From the NCBI GenBank assembly GCA_041624875.1, contig JBFJUC010000001.1, positions 1 through 38,562 on the forward strand: a stretch of 38,562 bases of DNA, in the 5' to 3' direction. Made by a program: the position numbers and the translations under genes. The stretch comes from Alcanivorax sp. GTDB lineage: Bacteria; Pseudomonadota; Gammaproteobacteria; Pseudomonadales; Alcanivoracaceae. Positions 27,029 to 35,204 of this stretch are shown one piece after another. The notes under the pieces were generated by a model, which worked only from the letters and a program-made list of their open reading frames with translations, was not told where the DNA came from and searched no databases. Numbering within the stretch: position 1 is the first letter of the stretch; each line of letters begins with the position of its first letter.

Positions 27029-28315
27029 ATGACATTGATGTCCGCCGGCAGCAGTACTCCGAATCAGCACGGACGCTTTCAGCTTGACGATCCCCGTGAG
27101 GACGCCGAGCGGCTTTTGGACGCCGCGTTGTCCGGCGACCGCCGCTGCCTGGCGCGCATCGCCGTGCATCGCCTCACCCCGGTCAGTGAAAAGCCGGGCC
27201 TGCGCGACGCCTTACACACCGTCTCGCGGGAAATGGGTTTCCAGGGCTGGGACCATTTCCAGCGCCACGTGGCCGCTCTGGACACCGCGGCACAACACAG
27301 CGGCGAGCGTCTGGACGACGACCTGGACACGGTGCACATCCGCTGCGGCTCGGACCTGCGAGACACCCTGCCGGCCACCGGCCTACACGGTCATTTCCAC
27401 ACTTTCAGCGATCCTTTTTGCATCGGGCCGCTGCACAGCCTGGAGCGGCAGGCGTTCATGGATGAGCGCACCCGCTTTCTCTGCGACGCCTTCGGCGGCG
27501 ACGAGAACGAGACCCACCGGCGGCAACAAAACGAATACGACGGCCTGGATCAGGCCATGAGCAGCCAGCGGGTGGTGCTCTGGTTCGAGCACGACAGCTA
27601 CGACCAGTTAATCCTCGCCTACATACTCAATCATCTGGCCGTGCAACGACGCCCCACCCGCCTGGAACTGGTGGCCACCGACAGCGTGCCTGGCGTCGAC
27701 CGGTTTATCGGGCTTGGCCAGCTGGCGCCGGACGTGGTCGGCTGGCTGTGGCAGCGGCGGCGCCCGGTGGACGACGCGCTGATCACGCTCGGCCGCCGCG
27801 CCTGGCGGGCGCTGACCGCCAACACACCGCAGCGCCTCGACGATCTGTCACGCACGCTCACCCCCGAGTTGCCGATGCTCGGCCGCGCCTTGCGCCGGCA
27901 CTTGCTGGAACTGCCCGACGAAGACACCGGCCTGGGCCTGAGCGAGCAACTGTCGGTGCAGCTGGTGGCCGAGCGTGGCCCGATCACCGTGGGTGAGGTG
28001 TTCCGGGATCTGATGCGCGAGCGCGAGCCCCTGCCCTATCTCGGCGACACCATGTTCTGGTGGATGATGCAGCCGCTGATGGGCGGCGAGCGCCCCTTAC
28101 TGGCCACTGACCACGGCGAGGAAACCGCCTGGCCGGACCGGTCGCTGCACATCACTGACCACGGTCATGCGGTGCTCAGCGGCCATAACAACTGGCTCGA
28201 CACTCACCCGGCGCGGCGCTGGGTGGGCGGCATCGCCATCGACGGTGACCGTGACAGCTGGTGTTTGAACAAAGGCACCGGCCAGCCGCAGAAGCGGCCG
28301 GCCAAAGTAGCCTGA
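27029..28315 (+). CDS. DUF1835-domain protein with extra N-terminal helical domain
   Basis: HIRCGSD, DPFCIGP, VVLWFEHDSYDQL, GLGQL, R.L.ELP....GL, LGD, RWVGG motifs; start uncertain (27011, 27029 or 27038). Confidence 0.72.
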   Translation: MTLMSAGSSTPNQHGRFQLDDPREDAERLLDAALSGDRRCLARIAVHRLTPVSEKPGLRDALHTVSREMGFQGWDHFQRHVAALDTAAQHSGERLDDDLDTVHIRCGSDLRDTLPATGLHGHFHTFSDPFCIGPLHSLERQAFMDERTRFLCDAFGGDENETHRRQQNEYDGLDQAMSSQRVVLWFEHDSYDQLILAYILNHLAVQRRPTRLELVATDSVPGVDRFIGLGQLAPDVVGWLWQRRRPVDDALITLGRRAWRALTANTPQRLDDLSRTLTPELPMLGRALRRHLLELPDEDTGLGLSEQLSVQLVAERGPITVGEVFRDLMREREPLPYLGDTMFWWMMQPLMGGERPLLATDHGEETAWPDRSLHITDHGHAVLSGHNNWLDTHPARRWVGGIAIDGDRDSWCLNKGTGQPQKRPAKVA

Positions 28316-28322
28316 AGCTGGT

Positions 28323-29312
28323 CTAGAGGTCTCGGCAGATGTCGGCGGCGATGCGGAACGAGCGCAGCCGCTTGTCATGGTCAAAGATGCCGCCGGTAAT
28401 CATCAGCTCGTCCACCCCGGTCAGATCACGGAACGCGTGTAGCCCGTCACGCACGGTCTCCGGCGCGCCGACCATGGCGTACTTCATTGCCTGACGGACG
28501 CCTTCCGCTTCCAACGGCGACCAGATGCCGTCCATGCTTTCCACCGGCGGCGGCAGCGGCCCGGGCCGCCCGCGCCGCAGGTTCACAAACTGCTGCTGCA
28601 TGGAGGTGGCCAGGAAGGCGCCTTCCTCATCGCTGTCGGCGGCGAACACGCCCACCCCCGCCATGGCGTAGGGGCGCTCCAGCTGCGCCGACGGCTGAAA
28701 GTTGTCGCGGTACACCTGCAAGGCGTCGAGCAGCGCCTCCGGGGCGAAATGCGAGGCGAACGCGAACGGCAGGCCCTTCTGCGCCGCCAGGCGGGCGCTG
28801 AACAGGCTGGAACCAAGCAGCCAGATCGGCACCTTGCTGCCCGCGCCGGGCACCGCCCGCACCCGCTGATCCGGGGTCGGGTCACCCAGATAGGCCTGCA
28901 GCTCTTCCACGTCGCGCGGGAACTCCATGGCGTTGCTGTTGAGATCCCGGCGCAGCGCCCGCGCGGTTTCCATATCGGTGCCCGGCGCCCGGCCCAGGCC
29001 AAGATCGATGCGCCCCGGGTGCAGGGCCGCCAGGGTGCCGAACTGCTCGGCAATCACCAAGGGGGCGTGGTTCGGCAGCATCACACCGCCGGAGCCCACC
29101 CGGATGCGCTGGGTGCCGGCGGCGATATGACCAATCACCACGCTGGTGGCGGCGCTCGCCACGCCGGGCATGTTGTGGTGCTCGGCCACCCAGTAGCGGG
29201 TGTAGCCCCACTGTTCGGCGTGGCGCGCCAGATCGAGGGAATGGCCCAGCGCCTGGGCAGCGTCGCCGCCGCGCAGGATGGGGCTCAAATCTAGAATGGA
29301 ATAAGCGGTCAT
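28323..29312 (-). CDS. LLM-class (luciferase-like) flavin-dependent oxidoreductase, YhbW-like
   Basis: [56 protein letters not shown]; GGAGG RBS. Confidence 0.92.
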   Translation of the reverse strand: MTAYSILDLSPILRGGDAAQALGHSLDLARHAEQWGYTRYWVAEHHNMPGVASAATSVVIGHIAAGTQRIRVGSGGVMLPNHAPLVIAEQFGTLAALHPGRIDLGLGRAPGTDMETARALRRDLNSNAMEFPRDVEELQAYLGDPTPDQRVRAVPGAGSKVPIWLLGSSLFSARLAAQKGLPFAFASHFAPEALLDALQVYRDNFQPSAQLERPYAMAGVGVFAADSDEEGAFLATSMQQQFVNLRRGRPGPLPPPVESMDGIWSPLEAEGVRQAMKYAMVGAPETVRDGLHAFRDLTGVDELMITGGIFDHDKRLRSFRIAADICRDL

Positions 29313-29346
29313 CAGGCCTCCCGAGCCAAAACGCGTCTGTTTACGG

Positions 29347-29372
29347 TTGGGGCTCGGAAGACATTTTTAAAG
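29347..29372 (-). promoter_or_regulatory. possible sigma32 (RpoH) promoter for the LLM gene
   Basis: Minus strand CTTTAA-N14-CCCCAA versus consensus CTTGAA-N13/14-CCCCAT. Confidence 0.4.
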
Positions 29373-29386
29373 GTAGGGAAAAAGGA

Positions 29387-29626
29387 TTAATCGCCGTTCA
29401 GGCGACGATAGATCTCATCCTTGAGGTGCATACGCTCGACTTTCATCGTCTCCATATCGCGGTCCGCGATCGGGTTCTCACGCATTTCCAGCCCGCGAAT
29501 GGTTTTATCCAGCCGGTCGTGTTCTTCCACCTTGGCGCGGAACTCCGGGTGCGCCTCGGCCAGGGCGTCAATGCGTTCGCGGTGGTGGGGAAATTCGTGA
29601 TGGATACTATGGGGTTCACCGAGCAT
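29387..29626 (-). CDS. DUF465/YdcH family protein
   Basis: 79 aa, H.I.HEFP...I..L......F......H..LD..I..LE...K.ER..LKDEIY pattern; GGAGG RBS. Confidence 0.85.
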   Translation of the reverse strand: MLGEPHSIHHEFPHHRERIDALAEAHPEFRAKVEEHDRLDKTIRGLEMRENPIADRDMETMKVERMHLKDEIYRRLNGD

Positions 29627-29737
29627 AGCTGACAGATCCTCCGCTAACGGGCCAGAGCACCGGGATGGTGCTCACGGCGTGCAATCCTCTCCAAGCTACT
29701 ACCGTCGCCGGGTTGTTGTCATCCTCTCCGTGGCGGC

Positions 29738-30565
29738 TTAACGCATGCCCCGGGCTTCCTTGATCATGTCGTAGGCTTTGCTGATCTCGGCGGTCTTTTC
29801 GGTGGACACGCGGATCATCTCGTCCGGCACGCCTCGGGCCGCCAGCTTGTCCGGGTGATGCTCACTCATCAGCCGTCGGTAGGCTTTCTTGACCTCCTGA
29901 TCGGAGGCCTCTTCGCTCACCCCCAGTACCTGATACGCCTCGCTCAGCGAAGGCCGCGACGTACCGGCCGCGCCCCCGGCGCCGCCCGCGCCGGCGCCGC
30001 CGAAGCGCGCCTGGGCCAGCACCATGTTGAGAATCTGCCGGAACTGGCTCTCCGGCACGCCCAGCCCGGCGGCGACACGGAACAGGATGCGCTCTTCCTC
30101 GGCGTGCAGCTCGCCGTCCGCCAGGGCGGTCTGCAGCAGCAGCTCAAGGAACACCACCACCAAGTGACGGCGGCGCCGGATTCGCTGGCGGAACTCCGCC
30201 ACGGTCTGGTCAAGGGGAAAATCGTCGTCCTTGCCCTGACGGAAGGCTTCCTGGGCCCGGCGGCGCTGCTCGTCGTTGAGCTGCATGCGGCTCATGATCG
30301 CTTCGGCCTGGCCGATTTCCTGCTCGCTGACCCGGCCGTCCGCCTTGGCCAGATGGCCCATGATCGAGAACACCGCCGAGAACAGAGCGTCCTGCACCTC
30401 TTCCCGCTCGCCAGGCCGGTAGGGCCGGAACGGGTTGAAGGACTGCACCCGTTCCACGCCACGGTCCAGGAAATGGCCGATCAGCACGCCAACCGCCAGG
30501 CCGATGGGCCCGCCTATCAACATGCCCAACAGGCCGACAATGAGTTTGCCACCCCAACTTCGCAT
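29738..30565 (-). CDS. djlA: co-chaperone DjlA
   Basis: N-terminal WGGKLIVG..G TM anchor, GHFLD, TerB-like MGHLAKADGRVS, C-terminal J-domain with HPD (KKAYRRLMSEHHPDKL). Confidence 0.95.
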   Translation of the reverse strand: MRSWGGKLIVGLLGMLIGGPIGLAVGVLIGHFLDRGVERVQSFNPFRPYRPGEREEVQDALFSAVFSIMGHLAKADGRVSEQEIGQAEAIMSRMQLNDEQRRRAQEAFRQGKDDDFPLDQTVAEFRQRIRRRRHLVVVFLELLLQTALADGELHAEEERILFRVAAGLGVPESQFRQILNMVLAQARFGGAGAGGAGGAAGTSRPSLSEAYQVLGVSEEASDQEVKKAYRRLMSEHHPDKLAARGVPDEMIRVSTEKTAEISKAYDMIKEARGMR

Positions 30566-30633
30566 TAATCAGAACTCTCTATCGTCATCTACAGGTAGGG
30601 AAAGACCACGGAGTATCCGGGAGGTTCGCGTAC

Positions 30634-30662
30634 AAACGCAAACCGGGCCTGAACAGGCCCGG
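30634..30662 (-). terminator. rho-independent terminator after the FTR1 gene
   Basis: Minus strand CCGGGCCTG-TT-CAGGCCCGG followed by TTTGCGTTT. Confidence 0.65.
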
Positions 30663-30698
30663 GTGGGAAGGTGTGCGGGTAAAGAGGGGGACCTACTT

Positions 30699-30756
30699 GG
30701 TGGCGCGGTTACCGCGCTCCCTTAACCTGCTTTAGTAGCGCGGTTACCGCGCCACC
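30699..30756. repeat. paired palindromic REP-like elements
   Basis: GGTGGCGCGGTTACCGCGCT (30699-718) and AGCGCGGTTACCGCGCCACC (30737-756) form a 20-bp inverted repeat with one mismatch; each arm is itself palindromic and preceded by GTRG. Confidence 0.6.
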
Positions 30757-32641
30757 AGGCCAGCACCGCCAGGACGACGGCGGCGGCCTGGGCGAGCGCG
30801 CCCTGCAGGGTGGGGAAGAAACCGATCCACTCCAGCGTCGGCAGGCCGATGTAGGTGGCGTTGATCAGGCCGGCTTCCTGCAGGGCGGCGATGCCCTTGC
30901 CGAGCAGAATCACCGACAGCACCAGCAGCACCAGGCTGGTGGCCTTGAAGAACAGGCCCAGCGGCAGGCGCATGCCGAGACGGAAGATCAGCACGCAGAC
31001 CACCGCCAACGCCGCCAGCGCCGCCAGCAACCCGTACAGCAGGTACGGCTGGGTGACCTCGGTGACCTGGGTCCACAGCGCCTGGTAGAACAGGATAGTC
31101 TCGAACATTTCCCGGTATACCGAGATGAACGCCACCAGAGTCAGGGTCCAGACGGTGCCGGCACCCAGGGCGTTATCCACCTTGCTCTTGATGTAGCCCA
31201 TCCACTTCTGGCTGTTGCTGTTGCTGTGCATCCAGAAGCCCACGTAGAACAGGATCACCGCCGCCACCAGGCCGGCGACGCCCTCGGTGAGCTCCCGCGA
31301 GGCACCGCTGAAGCTGATTACCGTGGACGCGGCGAACCAGGTGGCCACGCCGGCGATCAGCGCCGTCACCCAGCCAAAGTGAATGTGACGGCTGGCCGAG
31401 CGGGCGCCCGCTTTGCGGGTGAAGGTCAGCAAGGCGGCCACGATCAGCAGCGCTTCCAGACCCTCGCGGAACAGAATGAAGAAACTGGCCGAGAACGTGG
31501 CGGCGGCGCTCAGGCCGTCACCGCCGAGCGCGGCCTCGGCGGCGGCCAGGCTGTCGCGGGCCTCGGCCACCTTGGTGTCCACCGCGGCGGGGTCTTCGCC
31601 CTGCTCGATGGCCTGGCGCACCGCCATGAAACGGCGTTCGTTGAGGCGCATCAGATCGCTATCCACGGCCGACAGTTGCTGCTCGATCATCTCGAAGCCG
31701 TCCAGGTAGGCGGACAGCGCGGCGGCCCGCGCCGCCGCGCTGTCGCCGTCCGCGTACAGGCTGGCCGCCTCGCCCAACTTGGCGTCACTGATCTCAATAA
31801 ACCGGTTCTGACTGAACAGCGTCTCCGGGTTACGGCGCAGATAGCCCATCGCCTGAACCGCCGGCGTGCCGATCTCGTCGCGCACGTCGGCCGGGGCCTT
31901 ACCGATCACCGCGTCCAGGGTCATATCGGCTTTCAGCCCCGGGGTACCGCGCAGCACCTGTTCGCCGGCGGCGGCTTCGTCATCGGACACCGCCTTGCCG
32001 CCCACGTAGAACGCCAGCGCCCAACGCTCCGCGTCGCTGAGCTGATCCTCATAGGCGGCCATGCCGGTGCCGTCCACACCGCCGGTGATGGTGGTGTAGA
32101 GCCCCAACATGGAACGGCCCATATAACGGCCACGCTCGTGGAAATCGGTAGGCGCCGGCTCCAGCGCCGCGCCGGCGGGGCCGTCGCCACGGCCCTCGGC
32201 GCCGTGACAGGCGGCGCAATGGGTCTGGTAGAGCTGCGCGGCCTGCGCCATGTCCGGGGCGGTCTTGGGAATCACCGGCAGGCCGTACACCGTCACCAGG
32301 GTGCCACGGATTGTCTGCGCCAGTGCCTCAATGCGCGACGCCGGAGCCTTGTCGTCGACGGCGGCCTCGAGCTGTTGCGCCTGATCGGCGAGCCGCTGCT
32401 TGCCTTCCACGTCATCCAGGGTCGCAATGCCCTCGCTCAGCAAACGGGTGAACTCGTCCATCTCCGCGTATTCCGCGTCGCTGACGATTTCGCCGTCCTG
32501 CACCGCATTAACGTAGTCGGCGCCGACATATTCCACCAACTGCACCAGGGCGGTCTGGTCCGCGGCCCGGGCGGTGGCGGCCAGGGTGAAAAAGCACAGC
32601 AACAAAAAAACGCCCAGGGGGCGCCGCTTGAGGAGCATCAT
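30722..32641 (-). CDS. cytochrome c / FTR1-family iron (PbrT-like) permease fusion
   Basis: Signal peptide, YVGADY, CAACH heme motif, GTGM axial Met candidate, AYLDGFE, two RExxE motifs (REGLE, REMFE) in the TM domain. Confidence 0.9.
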   Translation of the reverse strand: MMLLKRRPLGVFLLLCFFTLAATARAADQTALVQLVEYVGADYVNAVQDGEIVSDAEYAEMDEFTRLLSEGIATLDDVEGKQRLADQAQQLEAAVDDKAPASRIEALAQTIRGTLVTVYGLPVIPKTAPDMAQAAQLYQTHCAACHGAEGRGDGPAGAALEPAPTDFHERGRYMGRSMLGLYTTITGGVDGTGMAAYEDQLSDAERWALAFYVGGKAVSDDEAAAGEQVLRGTPGLKADMTLDAVIGKAPADVRDEIGTPAVQAMGYLRRNPETLFSQNRFIEISDAKLGEAASLYADGDSAAARAAALSAYLDGFEMIEQQLSAVDSDLMRLNERRFMAVRQAIEQGEDPAAVDTKVAEARDSLAAAEAALGGDGLSAAATFSASFFILFREGLEALLIVAALLTFTRKAGARSASRHIHFGWVTALIAGVATWFAASTVISFSGASRELTEGVAGLVAAVILFYVGFWMHSNSNSQKWMGYIKSKVDNALGAGTVWTLTLVAFISVYREMFETILFYQALWTQVTEVTQPYLLYGLLAALAALAVVCVLIFRLGMRLPLGLFFKATSLVLLVLSVILLGKGIAALQEAGLINATYIGLPTLEWIGFFPTLQGALAQAAAVVLAVLAWWRGNRATKAG

Positions 32642-32665
32642 GGATCCGTATTCCAGCGTCTAAAA

Positions 32666-32684
32666 GTGAATAATTCTTATTTAT
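32666..32684 (-). promoter_or_regulatory. Fur-box-like site upstream of the FTR1 gene
   Basis: Minus strand ATAAATAAGAATTATTCAC, an AT-rich 19-mer resembling AAATGAGAATnATT; 25 nt upstream of an iron permease. Confidence 0.7.
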
Positions 32685-32717
32685 GTTCCCTTTACAGACC
32701 CTCTCTGTCAAAGGGTT

Positions 32718-33386
32718 TTACCCAACAGTGAGGGCCAGTACCTTGCTGATGTGCGCCTGAGGGCGTCCGGATTCGCTTTGCCATTGGTTGAACGCGGCCT
32801 GGGCGGCACGCTGATCGCGCTGGCTCGCCAGGGTCTTGTCGATGATGCGGTGCGACTTGAGCACGCTGATCACATCGTCAGTGGGGTACCAGGTGTCGCG
32901 CCCCACCATACGCAGGAAGGCGGCGCCGGAATTACCGCCCAGCTGCTTGCCGCGCTTTTTCAGCAGTATCCACATGCCGACGGTGTCCTGCGCCGGCCAG
33001 TCCGCCAGCCAGCGACCCACACTGCCATATTCACGGCGCAGGTCGAGCACCAGCTGGGCGTTGTGTCGGATCGCCTTGATCTTGCCCCAATGGCGAATCA
33101 GGCGGGTGTCCTGCATGCGCTCTTCGAGCATGCTGTCCGGCATCAGCACCAGTTTGTCCGGGTCGAAACCGAAAAAGGCGTCCTCGAACGCCGGCCATTT
33201 GGCGTCCACCAGGGAATGCTTGAGGCCGGCCCGGAACACCCGCCGCGTGAGCGCGGAAAAATAAAAGGCATCGTCCGGGCGGCGTAGCTGGGCAGCGGTC
33301 TTCACCGCCGGCAGTTGCGCTTCCACCGGCTTGAGGCCGCCCTTACGGTTCACCGCCAGGGCCAGCAGGTCCTTGAACTCGATCAT
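32718..33386 (-). CDS. DNA-3-methyladenine glycosylase I (TAG)-family protein
   Basis: VFRAGL....VDAKWPAFEDAFFGFDP, LIRHWGKIKAIRHNA, LKKRGKQLGG...FLRMVG; ATG 33386 after GGGAG. Confidence 0.75.
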   Translation of the reverse strand: MIEFKDLLALAVNRKGGLKPVEAQLPAVKTAAQLRRPDDAFYFSALTRRVFRAGLKHSLVDAKWPAFEDAFFGFDPDKLVLMPDSMLEERMQDTRLIRHWGKIKAIRHNAQLVLDLRREYGSVGRWLADWPAQDTVGMWILLKKRGKQLGGNSGAAFLRMVGRDTWYPTDDVISVLKSHRIIDKTLASQRDQRAAQAAFNQWQSESGRPQAHISKVLALTVG

Positions 33387-33472
33387 CAAATGCTCCCGGC
33401 TGCTTCGTATACAGTGTTTTCCCGCCATTGTAGAATCCGGGCCTCAACGCCGGATCAGGACGGGCAGTATTC

Positions 33473-34702
33473 ATGAGCGGTCATCAAACCACGATCAACA
33501 AATCCGACAAACTCAAAGGCGTCTGCTACGACATCCGTGGCCCGGTGCTGCGTGAAGCGCACCGCCTGGAGGACGAAGGCCACCGGGTGATCAAGCTCAA
33601 CATCGGCAACCCGGCGCCGTTCGGCTTCGAAGCGCCGGAAGAGCTGCTGCAGGACGTGATTCACAACCTGCCGGATTCCACCGGCTACTGCCATTCCAAG
33701 GGGCTGTTCCCGGCCCGCAAGGCGGTGATGCAGTATACCCAGACCAAGGGCATAGAAAACGTCACGGTCGACGACATCATCATCGGCAACGGCGTCTCCG
33801 AACTGATCGTGATGGCCATGCAGGCCCTGCTCAACTACGGCGACGAAGTGCTGCTGCCGGCCCCGGACTACCCGCTGTGGACCGCCGCCGTGCGCCTGTC
33901 CGGAGGCAACCCGGTGCACTACCTGTGCGATGAAAAGCAGGATTGGCAGCCGGCCCTGGACGATCTGCGCGCGAAAATCACCGACCGCACCCGGGCGATG
34001 GTGATCATCAACCCCAACAACCCCACCGGCGCCAACTACGACAAGGCGCTGCTGCAGGAAATGCTGGAGATCGCCCGCGAGCACGACTTGATCGTGTTCG
34101 CCGACGAAATCTACGACAAGATTCTGTACGACGGCGAGGTGCACCACTCCATCGCGTCCATGGCGGACGACCTGCTGTTCATCACCTTCAACGGGCTGTC
34201 CAAGAATTACCGGGCGGCCGGCTTTCGCGCCGGCTGGATGGTGATCTCCGGCGCCAAGTACCGCGCCGAGAATTACATCGAGGGCCTGGACATGCTGGCC
34301 AGCATGCGGCTGTGCGCCAATGTACCCAGCCAGCACGCGATTCAAACCGCGCTGGGCGGCTACCAGAGCATCGGCGACCTGGTGCTGCCCACCGGACGCC
34401 TGGGCCGCCAGCGCGACAAAGCCTGGGACATGCTCAGCTCGATTCCCGGTGTCAGTTGCGTTAAGCCCAAGTCCGCGCTCTACCTGTTCCCGCGTCTGGA
34501 TCCCAAGGTATTTCCGTTCCAGGACGACGAAGCCTTTGCGCTGGACCTGCTGCGCCAGGAGAAAGTGCTGATCGTTCAGGGCACCGCCTTCAACTGGCCG
34601 GACCCGGACCACTTCCGGGTGGTGTTCCTGCCGCGCATGGACGACCTTCAGGATTCCATCGGCCGGATCGCCAACTACCTGGACCGGATCAGAAAGAAGT
34701 AA
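33473..34702 (+). CDS. alaA: PLP-dependent alanine transaminase AlaA
   Basis: KS.KL..VCYDIRGPV, LNIGNPAPFGF, GNGVSELI, INPNNPTG, DEIYDKI, GLSKNYRAAGFRAGW (PLP Lys). Confidence 0.92.
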   Translation: MSGHQTTINKSDKLKGVCYDIRGPVLREAHRLEDEGHRVIKLNIGNPAPFGFEAPEELLQDVIHNLPDSTGYCHSKGLFPARKAVMQYTQTKGIENVTVDDIIIGNGVSELIVMAMQALLNYGDEVLLPAPDYPLWTAAVRLSGGNPVHYLCDEKQDWQPALDDLRAKITDRTRAMVIINPNNPTGANYDKALLQEMLEIAREHDLIVFADEIYDKILYDGEVHHSIASMADDLLFITFNGLSKNYRAAGFRAGWMVISGAKYRAENYIEGLDMLASMRLCANVPSQHAIQTALGGYQSIGDLVLPTGRLGRQRDKAWDMLSSIPGVSCVKPKSALYLFPRLDPKVFPFQDDEAFALDLLRQEKVLIVQGTAFNWPDPDHFRVVFLPRMDDLQDSIGRIANYLDRIRKK

Positions 34703-34706
34703 TTCC

Positions 34707-35141
34707 ATGCACCTGCACATCGACGACTTCAGCCAGGACGTAGCGCGCATACTGCTTCAGCTGTATATGAACTTTCCGCGCCCCCAGGCCGTCTATGTGG
34801 AGGACATCAGCGGCCCCGACCAACTGGACGAGGCGGGGTTGCACGGCAAGAGGCACATGGCCTGCCTGGGGGCAATGCTGTGGCTGGCTGAAGAAGGTTA
34901 CCTGCGTTACCAGAGCACCCTCTATCAGGAGGGCATCGAGCAGGCGGTGCTGAGCAACCGCGCCTTCACCCTGCTCACCGCCACCAGCAACACGGACCCG
35001 GAACCGGATCCCGCCTTGCCGATCAGCGTACAACTGGAGCGCGCCACCCTGGCGGAACAATTTCGCGCCGCTCTGGCGGCCAGGGATTCCACCCGAATCT
35101 CAGCACTGGTACGCCATTTCCTGGCCCGCGCCGGCACCTGA
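34707..35141 (+). CDS. conserved-looking hypothetical protein, probably co-transcribed with alaA
   Basis: 144-aa ORF 4 nt after the alaA stop with normal GC3 bias. Confidence 0.7.
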   Translation: MHLHIDDFSQDVARILLQLYMNFPRPQAVYVEDISGPDQLDEAGLHGKRHMACLGAMLWLAEEGYLRYQSTLYQEGIEQAVLSNRAFTLLTATSNTDPEPDPALPISVQLERATLAEQFRAALAARDSTRISALVRHFLARAGT

Positions 35142-35204
35142 ACAAGCTTTTCACCCAAGGACGGTTTTCATGAGACCCCCGTTATAGCGGGACTTGGGGA
35201 AACA

